DNA of 64,000 nt from an uncultured Muribaculaceae bacterium (lineage in GTDB: Bacteria; Bacillota_I; Bacilli_A; RF39; UBA660): assembly GCA_964650315.1 (NCBI GenBank), contig CAZYQE010000001.1:78677-142676 (forward strand), written 5' to 3'. Position 1 is the stretch's first letter. Each line of letters opens with the position of its first letter. The notes below the pieces were generated by a model. The model had not been told where the DNA came from. It made no database searches and was given only the letters and a program-made list of their open reading frames with translations. Below, in pieces: positions 1 to 10,512 of the stretch. The position numbers were made by a program, and so were the translations under genes.

Positions 1-98
1 CCTAATTTTATTATTTACGTAAAGAAGTAATTGAGTAATTGTTTATATTTAATTTTCATAGATTATATGTTAGAATTATAATAGGAAGGTGAAGTAGT

Positions 99-974
99 AT
101 GAGAAGTAGAATGGAACGTTATCATAATGAAGAAAACCATGATACATATTCTAGGTCAAATAAAAATCAAGACTTATATGAAAATCTTGGTAAAAATACT
201 AGATATACTAGTTTCAGTGATATTACTAGTTCTAATGTATTTGATATAGATGAAGCAAAACAAAATATTACTACTAGACAAGGTTATCAACAAATGAAAG
301 AATATGATGACATGATTGCTCCACCTAAAATAAAAAAAGAATTAGATGAGTTCAATTACTTATATCAAGATAGAGAAAATAGAGTTTATGATATAAATAG
401 TGCTTTAAAAGAAGCTAGAGAAAATAGAATAGAACGTGATGAATTAGAAGAAAAAAGAAAATTAAAAAATACTAATTATAATATTTTAGCTAGTCTTAAT
501 AAAGAAGAATTAGAAAAATATAGAAAAGAAAAAGTAGAAAGAACTAAACCAGACGAAGAAGAGTTGCAAGAATTAATTAATACTATAACTTCTAAGACAT
601 TAGCTGGTGAAATAGATAAAAAAGCTTCTCTAGATTTACTAAGTGATTTAATGGCTACTGATAAAGATGATGAAGTAGAAGGACAAAAACCTAAAGAAGA
701 TGATTTAGAATTATCTAAAGAAATATTAGATAAAGACCAATTAGATAAAGTAAAAGAAATAAAAGATAATAAAGAAGAAACAGATAAAAAAAGTATAATG
801 GAAAATGCTGATGAAGATTTCTATACTAGAAGTATGGATTTATCAGATAAAGATTTTGATTTAGGTGATATAGGAGAGAAAAAAATGCCTGTAATAATAA
901 AGATATTATTATTCTTAATAATAGTAGCTGTTTTAGCAGGTGTAGGATTTTTTGTATATAAGAACTTTATGTAA
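99..974 (+). CDS. Hypothetical acidic protein with C-terminal membrane anchor (291 aa)
   Basis: SD GGAAGGTGA before ATG; charged helical body; hydrophobic segment VIIKILLFLIIVAVLAGVGFFVY at the C-terminus. Confidence 0.75.
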   Translation: MRSRMERYHNEENHDTYSRSNKNQDLYENLGKNTRYTSFSDITSSNVFDIDEAKQNITTRQGYQQMKEYDDMIAPPKIKKELDEFNYLYQDRENRVYDINSALKEARENRIERDELEEKRKLKNTNYNILASLNKEELEKYRKEKVERTKPDEEELQELINTITSKTLAGEIDKKASLDLLSDLMATDKDDEVEGQKPKEDDLELSKEILDKDQLDKVKEIKDNKEETDKKSIMENADEDFYTRSMDLSDKDFDLGDIGEKKMPVIIKILLFLIIVAVLAGVGFFVYKNFM

Positions 975-995
975 GCACAAAATGTGCTTTTTTTT
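973..995 (+). terminator. Intrinsic terminator
   Basis: AAGCACA-aaa-TGTGCTT hairpin followed by a T run. Confidence 0.75.
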
Positions 996-1064
996 GTGGA
1001 ATATTATTTAAAACTTTTTAAGTTTATGATATGATTATATAAGAAGATGTAGGAGGACTAACTC

Positions 1065-1898
1065 ATGAACTTAAAATTTTTAGTAAACGATTATGTATTA
1101 ATATGGAATCTATTATTTCAGGCTTCTGTTTCTGAAAAGATTCATAAATTAAAACAAAAACTTTGGGATAATTATAAAATAGAATATAATAAAACTTATT
1201 ATGATAAGGATTATATTTTGCAAGATTATAAGAACTTTATTCCTAATGATGATACTGTATATAATATGGTATTAGAAACTAAGGAATATGAAAGAATAAA
1301 AAAAGATACTGAAAAATATCGTAATATGTTATTAAAAAAATGGGATGAAAATAAAAGAAAAGTAAAAGCAGAATTAAAAGACATATTAAGATTTAATGTA
1401 GAAGATTATAAAGTACTAGTTGTTAGTAATTTAATGAATACAGTAGATACTACTATTATTAAAGATCAAAAAGAAAATGTAATAGTATTTGGTTTACCAT
1501 CAGATGGTACTAATAAGATAATTATAGATTTATTATATGAAATATTAAAAAGAGAAACTAGAAATTATAATAGTAAACATAGAAATATAGTTAAAGCTGT
1601 TATTGAGTTAGCTATATTAAATGAACTTCCTACAAGACTTAATAAAAGAAGTCACTATCTAACAGGAAGTGTAGCTCGTGATAATATTAAAAGACAAATA
1701 TATCCATATTGGTTAATGTATTTAGGGGCTACAAAAGAAGAAATGTTAGAATATATGATGAGAGATAAAATAGCTTTCAATATAGATGATTTTACATATG
1801 AAAGACAATTAAAAAATGTAGATTTATTAAAATTTATAGATTTTTGCATAAGAAATAAAAAACATATTATTAAAAGTAATGACTTAGAAGTTATATAA
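1065..1898 (+). CDS. Hypothetical protein (277 aa), probably co-transcribed with polC
   Basis: SD AGGAGG; long ORF ending 22 nt before polC; no motif recognised. Confidence 0.7.
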   Translation: MNLKFLVNDYVLIWNLLFQASVSEKIHKLKQKLWDNYKIEYNKTYYDKDYILQDYKNFIPNDDTVYNMVLETKEYERIKKDTEKYRNMLLKKWDENKRKVKAELKDILRFNVEDYKVLVVSNLMNTVDTTIIKDQKENVIVFGLPSDGTNKIIIDLLYEILKRETRNYNSKHRNIVKAVIELAILNELPTRLNKRSHYLTGSVARDNIKRQIYPYWLMYLGATKEEMLEYMMRDKIAFNIDDFTYERQLKNVDLLKFIDFCIRNKKHIIKSNDLEVI

Positions 1899-1920
1899 CA
1901 CCATAGATGGGGGGATTATA

Positions 1921-4900
1921 ATGGATGATAAATTAAAATTATTATTAGATAAAATTAATTTAGATAAAGAAAATTATAAATATTTTTCTAATGCCAAACT
2001 TACTAAGATAAAAGTAAGTTCAAAAGATAATAGTTGGAATGTATTTATAAAAAATGATAATCCCTTACCAGTAGATATAATAGAAGAATTAGAAGATAAG
2101 AAGACTAATTTAGATGAGAATATCTCATCTATTACTTTTGTATTTGATATAGAAAATATAGATATAAATATATATTATAGTTATTATAAATATGTATTAA
2201 ATAAATTAAAAGATGAATTAAAAATATTAGGTGTATTTGAAAATAGTTTAAAGATAGAAGATGGTTTCTTAAAATTAGAAGTAACTAATGAAGTAGAAAA
2301 AGAAAAATTTGAAAACTGTATAGATAAGTTTAATAAAATATATAAGTCTTTAGGTTATACTTTTAATATAGATATTTCTATTAAAGAAGAAAAAACTATA
2401 TTACATGATATAGAAGAAGAATTAGAAGAAGAAGTAAATACTATTAAGAGAAAAGTTAAAGAGAAGAAGAAAAAGATTGATAATATAGTTTTGGGAAAAA
2501 GTATAAGAAATAGACCTATAAAAATAAAAACTTTAGTTGGAGAAGATAATGACGTTACTGTAGAAGGTCATGTTTTTGCGGTTGATTTATTTGAATCTAA
2601 TAGATCCGATTTTAAGATAATTACTTTAAAGATTACCGATTATTCAGATAGTATATACTGTAAAGTATTTGTTAGAGATAAAGAAGAATATAAAAGATTA
2701 TCTAAAGAATTAAAGAAGGGTAAATGGTATAAAATTAAAGGTTATACTAAAAATGATAGTTTCGCTCGTGAATTAGTATTAAATGCTAGAGATATAGTTG
2801 AAGTAGAAAAAGAAGAAGAAGTAATAACTGATAAAGAAAAAGTTAAAAGAGTTGAACTTCATACTCATACTAAAATGAGTCAAATGGATGGTATATGTGG
2901 TGATGTAGAAGTAGTTAAAAGGGCTATTGACCTAGGACATAAAGCGATTGCAATTACTGATCATAATGGAGTACAAGCTTTTCCACATGTATTTAATTAT
3001 GTTACTAATTATAATAAGAATTTAACTGAAGGAGAAGAACCTTTTAAAGCAATTTATGGTACAGAACTTACTTTAATAGATGATACTGTTGATATAGTAA
3101 TAAGACCTAATAATAAAAATATGTTAGAAGAAACTTATGTAGTATTTGACTTTGAAACTACTGGTTTTAATGCTGGTGGAGCAGATTCTATTATTGAAAT
3201 AGGTGCTGTTAAAATATGCAATGGTGAAATAATAGATAGATATGATGAATTAATTAATCCAGGTAGAAAACTACCTCAAAAGATTATAGATTTAACTAAT
3301 ATTACAGATGATATGTTAAAAGATAAACCTAGTGAAGAAGAAGCAGTTAAAGACTTTATAGAATGGTTTGGAGATCTTCCTATGGTTGCTCATAATGCTA
3401 AGTTTGATGTCTCATTCTTAGAAATGGCATATCAAAAATACAATCTAGGTGAATTTAAAAATACAGTAATAGATACATTAGAATTATCTCGTACTATGGA
3501 TAATAATTATGCTAGACATTCTTTATCTGCACTTGTTAAAAGATATGATGTTCCTTGGGATGAATCTGCTCATCATAGAGGAGATTATGATGCAGAAGGA
3601 ACTGCTTTAGTATTTCATAAAATGTTAAAGAAATTATCTAACAGAAATATAGATAATATGGATGAGTTAGATAAACTAGTAAGTAAAGATGAGATACATA
3701 AATATGGAACAGCTTATCATGTAAATTTACTAGTAAAGAATAAAACTGGTCTAAAGAACTTATTTAAAATAGTATCTTTAGCTAATACTAAATATTTATA
3801 TAAAACCCCTAGAATATTAAGAAGTGAAATAGAAAAATATAGAGATGGATTATTAGTTGGTAGTGGTTGTTATGAAAGCGAAGTATTTAGACTTGCTAAA
3901 GCTAAGAGTGAAGATGAACTTTCTAATATTATAAGATTCTATGATTATGTAGAAGTACAACCCCTAGAATGTTATAATCATTTAATTCAAACAGGAGACT
4001 TTGCTACTGAAGTAGAACTTGCTTCTCATATAGAAAAAATAATTAGAGTGACAGAAGAAGCAGGTAAGATTATAGTTGCTACTGGTGATGTTCATCATAT
4101 AAAACGTGATGATAAAATCTATAGAGAAATAATTGTTAATCAAAAAGTACCTGGTGGAGGAAGACATCCACTTGCTAGAAATAATATTAAAGAAATACCA
4201 TCTAATCATTTTAGAACTACTACTGAAATGTTAAATGATTTTAAATTTTTAGGTAAAGAAAAAGCTTATGAATTAGTAGTAGAAAACACTAATAAAATTT
4301 CTGATTTATGTGAAATAGTAGAAGTAATTATAGATACTAAGGGTATTCCATTCTCACCTAGAGTAAAAGGTGATGATGGAGAATATTTAGATTGTCCTGT
4401 TGTTGTTACTGATTTAGTTTATACTAAAGCTAAAGATTGGTATGGAGAAACTCTACCATATATGATTGAAGAGCGAATTGCTACAGAACTTTATGGAGAT
4501 ATTTTATATAAAATAATTACTGAAAGATTAGATAAGAAGAAATTATCAGAAGAAGAAAAAGAAGTTAAAGCCCATGAAGAATTACATGACTTAGTTATTT
4601 CTGGTAAAGATAATGTTATTAAGTTTATAGAAGATTATATAAAAGAAACTACTGATGAAGAATTAACTGATAGAAAATTAAATAATAGAGTTAAAAAATC
4701 TTTAGGAGGTATTATTGGTGGAGGATTTGATCCAATATACTTAATATCTGAAAGATTAGTTAAACATTCTAATGAAGAAGGTTATTTAGTTGGTTCACGT
4801 GGATCAGTTGGTTCAAGTTTCGTTGCGACTATGATGGGTATAACTGAAGTTAATCCACTTCCTGCTCATTATAGATGCAAACATTGTAAAACTAGTATAT

Positions 4901-6495
4901 TTGAAGATGAAACTGGAGAGTCACTTGGTGCAACTTATTCATCAGGATTTGACTTACCAGATAAGAAATGTCCTAATTGTAAGAAAGATATGTTAAAAGA
5001 TGGACAAGATATGCCATTCGCAACATTCTTAGGATTTAATGCAGATAAAGTACCAGATATAGATCTTAATTTCTCAGATTTAAATCAAGCTAGTGCTCAT
5101 GCTTATACAAAAGTATTATTTGGGGAAGATAATGTATATCGTGCCGGTACTATTGGTACGGTTGCTGATAAAACAGCTTTTGGATTTGTAAAAGGTTATT
5201 TAGAAGAAAAAGAAATTACTGATATGCGTAATGCTGAAATAGAAAGACTTGCTCTAGGGTGTACAGGAGTTAAAAGAACTACTGGACAACATCCAGGAGG
5301 AATAGTTGTTATTCCAGATTATATGGAAGTATCAGACTTTACACCATTCCAGTATCCTGCAGATGATATAAAAGCAGAGTGGAGAACTACTCACTTTGAT
5401 TATCACTCAATTGATCAATGTTTATTAAAACTAGATATTCTAGGTCATTCAGATCCAACACAATTAAGATTAATTGCTAAACAATCTAATACTGATGTAT
5501 TAAAAGTACCAATGGATGATAAAGAAACAATGTCTTTATTTACATCCACTAAAGCATTAGGAGTTACTACTAAAGAAATAATGTGTAATACAGGTACTTT
5601 AGGTATCCCAGAGTTTGGAACACCATTTACAATAAAATTAGTAGAAGACACTAAACCAACTACCTTTGGAGAACTTGTTAAAATATCAGGTCTTTCTCAT
5701 GGTACTGATGTATGGCTTGGTAATGCCCAAAAATTAATAGAGAAAAAAGTTGTTCCATTTAAAGAAACAATTGGCTGTCGTGACGATATTATGGTTAATC
5801 TTATGTATAATGGAATAGAACCTATAGAAGCATTCCAAATAATGGAGTTTGTTCGTAAAGGTAGAGCATCTAAAGATCCAGATGTATGGAAAAAATATGT
5901 CAAGATAATGGAAGAAGGAAACATACCTAAATGGTTTATAAAATCTTGTCAAAAGATTAAATACATGTTCCCTAAAGCACATGCAGCTGCTTATGTTATC
6001 TCAGCTTTTAGAATAGCTTGGTATAAAGTACATATGCCAGTATACTTCTATAGTTCTTGGTATTCATCAAAAGCAGTAGATGTAGAAATTAATTCTATGA
6101 TTAGTGGATATGACTCTATTAAGAAAAAAATAGAAGAAATAGAAGAAAAAGGATATGAAGCATCTAATAAAGAGATGAATCAATTAGAAAGTTTAAGAAT
6201 AGCTTTAGAAGCAACTGCTCGTGGAATAAAATTCTTAAATGTAGACCTATACAATAGTGAAGCCACTGACTGGGTAGTTAAAAATGATAATGAGATATAT
6301 CCACCATTCAATTCTATAGATGGATTAGGTGATACAGTTGCCCATAACATAGTAAGAGAAAGAAAAAAGAAACCATTTATTAGTATAGAAGATATCCAAC
6401 ATCGTGCAAAAATATCTCAAACACTAATAGAAAAAATGAAAGAAATGGATATATTAAAAGATTTACCAGACTCTAATCAATTATCACTATTTTAA
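1921..6495 (+). CDS. polC: DNA polymerase III PolC-type (PHP, 3'-5' exonuclease and polymerase domains)
   Basis: ELHTHTKMSQMDG and ITDH (PHP), VFDFETTG (exonuclease), GSRGSVGSS, KVPDIDLNFS, TTGQHPGG, MFPKAHAAAY, C-terminal QLSLF clamp motif. Confidence 0.98.
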   Translation: MDDKLKLLLDKINLDKENYKYFSNAKLTKIKVSSKDNSWNVFIKNDNPLPVDIIEELEDKKTNLDENISSITFVFDIENIDINIYYSYYKYVLNKLKDELKILGVFENSLKIEDGFLKLEVTNEVEKEKFENCIDKFNKIYKSLGYTFNIDISIKEEKTILHDIEEELEEEVNTIKRKVKEKKKKIDNIVLGKSIRNRPIKIKTLVGEDNDVTVEGHVFAVDLFESNRSDFKIITLKITDYSDSIYCKVFVRDKEEYKRLSKELKKGKWYKIKGYTKNDSFARELVLNARDIVEVEKEEEVITDKEKVKRVELHTHTKMSQMDGICGDVEVVKRAIDLGHKAIAITDHNGVQAFPHVFNYVTNYNKNLTEGEEPFKAIYGTELTLIDDTVDIVIRPNNKNMLEETYVVFDFETTGFNAGGADSIIEIGAVKICNGEIIDRYDELINPGRKLPQKIIDLTNITDDMLKDKPSEEEAVKDFIEWFGDLPMVAHNAKFDVSFLEMAYQKYNLGEFKNTVIDTLELSRTMDNNYARHSLSALVKRYDVPWDESAHHRGDYDAEGTALVFHKMLKKLSNRNIDNMDELDKLVSKDEIHKYGTAYHVNLLVKNKTGLKNLFKIVSLANTKYLYKTPRILRSEIEKYRDGLLVGSGCYESEVFRLAKAKSEDELSNIIRFYDYVEVQPLECYNHLIQTGDFATEVELASHIEKIIRVTEEAGKIIVATGDVHHIKRDDKIYREIIVNQKVPGGGRHPLARNNIKEIPSNHFRTTTEMLNDFKFLGKEKAYELVVENTNKISDLCEIVEVIIDTKGIPFSPRVKGDDGEYLDCPVVVTDLVYTKAKDWYGETLPYMIEERIATELYGDILYKIITERLDKKKLSEEEKEVKAHEELHDLVISGKDNVIKFIEDYIKETTDEELTDRKLNNRVKKSLGGIIGGGFDPIYLISERLVKHSNEEGYLVGSRGSVGSSFVATMMGITEVNPLPAHYRCKHCKTSIFEDETGESLGATYSSGFDLPDKKCPNCKKDMLKDGQDMPFATFLGFNADKVPDIDLNFSDLNQASAHAYTKVLFGEDNVYRAGTIGTVADKTAFGFVKGYLEEKEITDMRNAEIERLALGCTGVKRTTGQHPGGIVVIPDYMEVSDFTPFQYPADDIKAEWRTTHFDYHSIDQCLLKLDILGHSDPTQLRLIAKQSNTDVLKVPMDDKETMSLFTSTKALGVTTKEIMCNTGTLGIPEFGTPFTIKLVEDTKPTTFGELVKISGLSHGTDVWLGNAQKLIEKKVVPFKETIGCRDDIMVNLMYNGIEPIEAFQIMEFVRKGRASKDPDVWKKYVKIMEEGNIPKWFIKSCQKIKYMFPKAHAAAYVISAFRIAWYKVHMPVYFYSSWYSSKAVDVEINSMISGYDSIKKKIEEIEEKGYEASNKEMNQLESLRIALEATARGIKFLNVDLYNSEATDWVVKNDNEIYPPFNSIDGLGDTVAHNIVRERKKKPFISIEDIQHRAKISQTLIEKMKEMDILKDLPDSNQLSLF

Positions 6496-6500
6496 AGTGT

Positions 6501-6535
6501 AAAGTAATAGACAAAAATAAGTGTCTATTACTTTT
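6501..6535 (+). terminator. Intrinsic terminator after polC
   Basis: AAAGTAATAGACA-N8-TGTCTATTACTTT inverted repeat. Confidence 0.7.
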
Positions 6536-6569
6536 ATTATGATATAATTAATATGATAGAGGTGTTTAT

Positions 6570-6731
6570 ATGGATAATGAAGATTATAAGTTTTTAGAAA
6601 GAGAAACAAATATACCAGATGAAGATAATTTAGAGGATACAGTTGATTTAAAAGACCAATTAAAAATAGTAAAAGAAGTATTATCTGATACTATTATTGC
6701 GGATGAGGATGATTTATATGGACAAGATTAA
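6570..6731 (+). CDS. Small acidic protein (53 aa, not in ORF track): MDNEDYKFLERETNIPDEDNLEDTVDLKDQLKIVKEVLSDTIIADEDDLYGQD
   Basis: TG-N-TATAAT extended -10, SD GAGGTG, ATG at 6570, TAA at 6729-6731 overlapping the next ATG (6718). Confidence 0.65.
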   Translation: MDNEDYKFLERETNIPDEDNLEDTVDLKDQLKIVKEVLSDTIIADEDDLYGQD

Positions 6732-8124
6732 ATCACAAACTGAATTCTTTGATAGAATGAAATATGAATTAGGAAAAAGTAATAACCCTAGTAAACAAAG
6801 ATTTGATAGTTATGTATATTCTGAATTAATAAGAATTGGTGTTACAGAAGAAGAACAAGCTCAAGATGTAAGAAACGAATTATTTGAATTAACAAATCTT
6901 AAACTTAAAAACCTTAGGAACATAAAAACATTTTTTACAAAAGGATTTCAATGGTTTATAAACCAAAAGAACTTTCCTAATATAGGTAATGCTATTAAAC
7001 TATATATTCCTCTAGATGCAAAACATTTATGTCCAGGAGCAGAACAATTATTTACATACATGGATAAAGAAAATATTCCTACTCAATCTAAAATAAGACC
7101 AGATATAACTTTTGACAATGTAGTAGTAAGAGTTAAAGATATAAAAGATGCTGAAAAAGTGATAGAGTATGTAAAAAATAATTCATATATACAAGAAGGT
7201 TTACTTACTCCAAATCCATTCGCAATAAATAAAGATAATATTGTCATAACTATGGATGGATTAGAAAGTTATAATTCTAGAACATCTGATTATATATCTA
7301 ATTATATTTGGAATAATAAAGATAATTTAAATAATATAAATATGGATACATTTAAAGAATATTTAAAAAAACAACAAGAAAAATTAAGTATAGATTCATC
7401 TAAAGATAGAAACTTTGATCTTAAAAATATTACAGATATATTATTAATGTCTGTTAATGATAATACAAATGATTATGAGAAATTTAGAATATTATCTGAT
7501 AGAATACAAAAAGGAGCACCAACAGCTAAAGAAGTATTAGATTTCGCTATTAATTTATTAATTAGTAAATATGGTATTAATATAGCTAAAAGAAATCTAG
7601 TGAAGTATATAGAAACAGGAAATAGTAATATGTTTTCTAGAGATCATAAAAGTAGAGAGAAAATTAAAATTAATTTAACCCCAGAAATAGCTAAAGGTGT
7701 TGTAGAAGCTAATATTAATAGTGATAAATATGAAGATTATATTGAATATTTATTAAATGTTGCTAAAGATGAAAGAGTTAAAATATTAAATGCAGCAGCA
7801 TCAGAGACTTTACATAATTATGGTAAAGAAAATCCTAATCAATTAATTTTTGCTATTAAAAGAGCTATGTCAACTGGAGATTATACAGGATTTACTAAAT
7901 ATAGAAAAGAGGATATTGAAAAGAAACATAATTATAGATTAGATTTAATTGCTAATGTAGATCCAAATGAAATATTAGATTTAGTAAAAAGGCATTTACA
8001 AAATAATGGTATTGATTATAATAATATGAGTACTGACCAAATATTAGGGGAGTATAATACTATAATTGGTCAAGATAATACATTAGAATTAAATACAGAA
8101 GAATTTACCCAAGGTGTAAAATAA
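6718..8124 (+). CDS. Orphan protein; N-terminal domain reminiscent of HopA1-like fold, plus two C-terminal helical repeats
   Basis: Start moved to ATG 6718 (SD GAGGATGA); KLYIPL..SKI..DNVVVR..NPF..DG..SYN pattern; repeats KYG..YIETGNSNMFSR and NYG..AMSTGDYTGFTK; fold call tentative. Confidence 0.6.
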   Translation: MDKIKSQTEFFDRMKYELGKSNNPSKQRFDSYVYSELIRIGVTEEEQAQDVRNELFELTNLKLKNLRNIKTFFTKGFQWFINQKNFPNIGNAIKLYIPLDAKHLCPGAEQLFTYMDKENIPTQSKIRPDITFDNVVVRVKDIKDAEKVIEYVKNNSYIQEGLLTPNPFAINKDNIVITMDGLESYNSRTSDYISNYIWNNKDNLNNINMDTFKEYLKKQQEKLSIDSSKDRNFDLKNITDILLMSVNDNTNDYEKFRILSDRIQKGAPTAKEVLDFAINLLISKYGINIAKRNLVKYIETGNSNMFSRDHKSREKIKINLTPEIAKGVVEANINSDKYEDYIEYLLNVAKDERVKILNAAASETLHNYGKENPNQLIFAIKRAMSTGDYTGFTKYRKEDIEKKHNYRLDLIANVDPNEILDLVKRHLQNNGIDYNNMSTDQILGEYNTIIGQDNTLELNTEEFTQGVK

Positions 8125-8125
8125 T

Positions 8126-8983
8126 ATGAAAGAAAATATAAATGGCGTATTAGTTGTTAATAAAGAAAAAGGTATGACCTCCAGGGATGTAGTAAATGAA
8201 ATATGTAAGATATTTAATACTAAAAAGGTTGGTCATACTGGAACACTTGATCCTTTAGCAGAAGGTGTTTTAGTTGTGACTATTGGTAATGCTACTAAGA
8301 TAAGTGAATTATTAACTTCAGAATATAAAGAATATATTGCAGAAGCTATCCTAGGTATTAAAACAGATACTTATGATATAGAAGGTAAAGTAATAGATAA
8401 AAAAGATATAAATAATGATATTAATTTAAAAGATACTATTTCTAGTTATAAAAAAACTTATATGCAAGAAGTACCAATCTATTCTGCAGTAAAAGTAAAT
8501 GGTAAAAAATTATATGAATATGCTAGAAATAATGAAGAAGTTAAATTACCTAAAAAGAAAGTAACTATTAAAGAAATAGAATTGTTAAGTATTAATAAAA
8601 ATAAATTTGTATTTAAAGCACTAGTATCTAAAGGTTGTTATATAAGAAGTTTAATTAATGATATTGGAGAAAGTCTAAATACATATGCTACTATGACTAA
8701 ACTTATTAGAACTAAACTAGGTAAGTTTAGAATAGAAGATTCATATACTTTAGATGATATAAGAAATAATAATTATAAATTATATTCTATAGATGAAGCA
8801 CTAGATTATCCTGTAATAGAAATAGAAGATGATTTATATAAAAAAATATCTAATGGAGTAAAAATAGATAATAAATATAACATAAAAGATAAAGTAATAT
8901 TTAAATATAAAGATAAATTACTTGGAATATATGAAAAAGATAATAATATATTAAAGACATGGAAGAATTTTAATACTAAGTAA
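8126..8983 (+). CDS. truB: tRNA pseudouridine(55) synthase
   Basis: KVGHTGTLDPLAEGVL, QEVPIYSAVKVNGKKLYEYAR, SKGCYIRSL. Confidence 0.96.
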   Translation: MKENINGVLVVNKEKGMTSRDVVNEICKIFNTKKVGHTGTLDPLAEGVLVVTIGNATKISELLTSEYKEYIAEAILGIKTDTYDIEGKVIDKKDINNDINLKDTISSYKKTYMQEVPIYSAVKVNGKKLYEYARNNEEVKLPKKKVTIKEIELLSINKNKFVFKALVSKGCYIRSLINDIGESLNTYATMTKLIRTKLGKFRIEDSYTLDDIRNNNYKLYSIDEALDYPVIEIEDDLYKKISNGVKIDNKYNIKDKVIFKYKDKLLGIYEKDNNILKTWKNFNTK

Positions 8984-8992
8984 GGTGATAAT

Positions 8993-10057
8993 ATGAGTAT
9001 CAAAAACTTAAATATAGAAAAGAACAAAATAAGTACTAAATCTCCTATGAAATTAGCAAAAGAAAAATCAAGAATGTTTGTATTTAGTACAATTTTATGG
9101 ATTTCATCTGCTACCTTAATAGGTGTATCTATAAATAATATGAATAGATATACAAAAGATACTTATAATATTTATTCTGGAAGAAAACTTACTATAAGTA
9201 AAAAAGATCAAGAAAATATAATTAAAAATATAGAAAAGAAATATAATACAAAAGTAAAAGAAAAACAAAAAAGTAGTGTATTATTTTTTGATTCAATAGA
9301 AAGAAATAAAAATCTAAATAAAGAAGAAAAAAGAGAGTTTTATGGATTAGTAGATTTAATAGAAGATAATCCATATATAGATAAAGAAACTGCATATACT
9401 AATTTATTAAATCTAGATATAAAGCATAAAGATAATCTTGGTGAAGAAGGACTCTCTGGTTACTGGGATGAAAATGACATATATATAGAAAATTCAAATC
9501 CATACTGGGAACATCATGTCTTTTTTCATGAAGCAATTCATGCTATACATAATAATAGTGCAGTTAGACCTAATTTTATATATGAAGGAATGACAGAGTT
9601 ATTAGCGTCAGAATATATGTCTAAGCCAAATATGACATATGATGAATATATAAATTTAGTTAAAATGTTATGTGAAATAGTTGGAAGTGATACAGTATTA
9701 AAAGCATATTCAACTAATGATATGACATGTATTTATGAAGAAATGGCAAAAATAGGTGGAGAGGCTATAGATTCACAAGAATTAATTTTTGATATTGATT
9801 ATTTAACAGAAGATATAACACAAAAAGAATTATCATCTAAAAAGAAAGCTAATTTAAAAGCTAAATTATATGAACTTAGAAAATATTATTTAAAAAAACA
9901 TAATAAAGATTATGTAGAAGTAGATGAAGATAAAGATTTATTTGATAATTATTATATGAGTTTAATAAAAAGTATAGATGGAAATTATAGTTATGTATAT
10001 CCTAGAGAGGATAAAATATATTTTAATAGTGAATATAAAAACAGAAAAAGTAAGTAA
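8993..10057 (+). CDS. Membrane-anchored putative zincin (gluzincin-type) metallopeptidase
   Basis: N-terminal hydrophobic helix; HEAIH followed by EGMTELLA third-ligand motif. Confidence 0.6.
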   Translation: MSIKNLNIEKNKISTKSPMKLAKEKSRMFVFSTILWISSATLIGVSINNMNRYTKDTYNIYSGRKLTISKKDQENIIKNIEKKYNTKVKEKQKSSVLFFDSIERNKNLNKEEKREFYGLVDLIEDNPYIDKETAYTNLLNLDIKHKDNLGEEGLSGYWDENDIYIENSNPYWEHHVFFHEAIHAIHNNSAVRPNFIYEGMTELLASEYMSKPNMTYDEYINLVKMLCEIVGSDTVLKAYSTNDMTCIYEEMAKIGGEAIDSQELIFDIDYLTEDITQKELSSKKKANLKAKLYELRKYYLKKHNKDYVEVDEDKDLFDNYYMSLIKSIDGNYSYVYPREDKIYFNSEYKNRKSK

Positions 10058-10097
10058 AAGACTTTACAAATTAGTAAAAATTTAGTATATTATATGT

Positions 10098-10170
10098 GCT
10101 TACCAATTCCAGGTTTAAAGAATTTCCGACTTTATACTTAGTATTGGTGAATTCTAAAGAAAGGAAGTTT
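10098..10170 (+). promoter_or_regulatory. Putative ribosomal protein S15 autoregulatory leader
   Basis: TTTACA-17-TATATT promoter (10063-10091); outer stem TTACCAAT/ATTGGTGA enclosing a TAAAG/CTTTA hairpin with GAATTTCCGAC core, like Firmicute S15 leaders, directly 5' of rpsO. Confidence 0.6.
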
Positions 10171-10174
10171 TATT

Positions 10175-10444
10175 ATGGCATTAAGTAAAGATGAAAAAGC
10201 AAAGATCATTAAAGATTTTGCTAAGAGTAAGAATGATACTGGTTCAACAGAAGTACAAATCGCTATTTTAACAAAAGAAATTAACGATTTAACTGAACAT
10301 TTAAAAGTACACATTCATGACTATCATTCACGTAGAGGTCTTCTTAAGAAAGTTGGACAACGTAAGAATTTACTACAATATTTAGCTAAGAAAGATATTC
10401 AAAGTTATCGTGAAGTAATTAAAAAATTAGGATTAAGAAAGTAG
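10175..10444 (+). CDS. rpsO: 30S ribosomal protein S15
   Basis: [29 protein letters not shown]; 89 aa. Confidence 0.98.
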   Translation: MALSKDEKAKIIKDFAKSKNDTGSTEVQIAILTKEINDLTEHLKVHIHDYHSRRGLLKKVGQRKNLLQYLAKKDIQSYREVIKKLGLRK

Positions 10445-10471
10445 ACACGTTTTTTCAGTGTCTATTTTTTT
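10442..10471 (+). terminator. Intrinsic terminator after rpsO
   Basis: TAGACAC-N9-GTGTCTA followed by T7. Confidence 0.7.
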
Positions 10472-10512
10472 AGAAATAAAGTAGACAAATATTATATAAA
10501 AGAGGTAGAAGT

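Noticed and set aside
4492-4704. PolC insertion as an intein
   Set aside because: Too short and lacks an N-terminal Cys/Ser and a C-terminal His-Asn.
1655-5982. Short minus-strand ORFs inside the 1065 gene and polC (also 8806, 10875, 20200, 20216, 22123, 23405, 24743, 25933, 35750, 40242, 42347, 46578 and plus-strand 19929, 44313, 49812)
   Set aside because: Shadow frames of well-supported genes, with no convincing SD or motifs.
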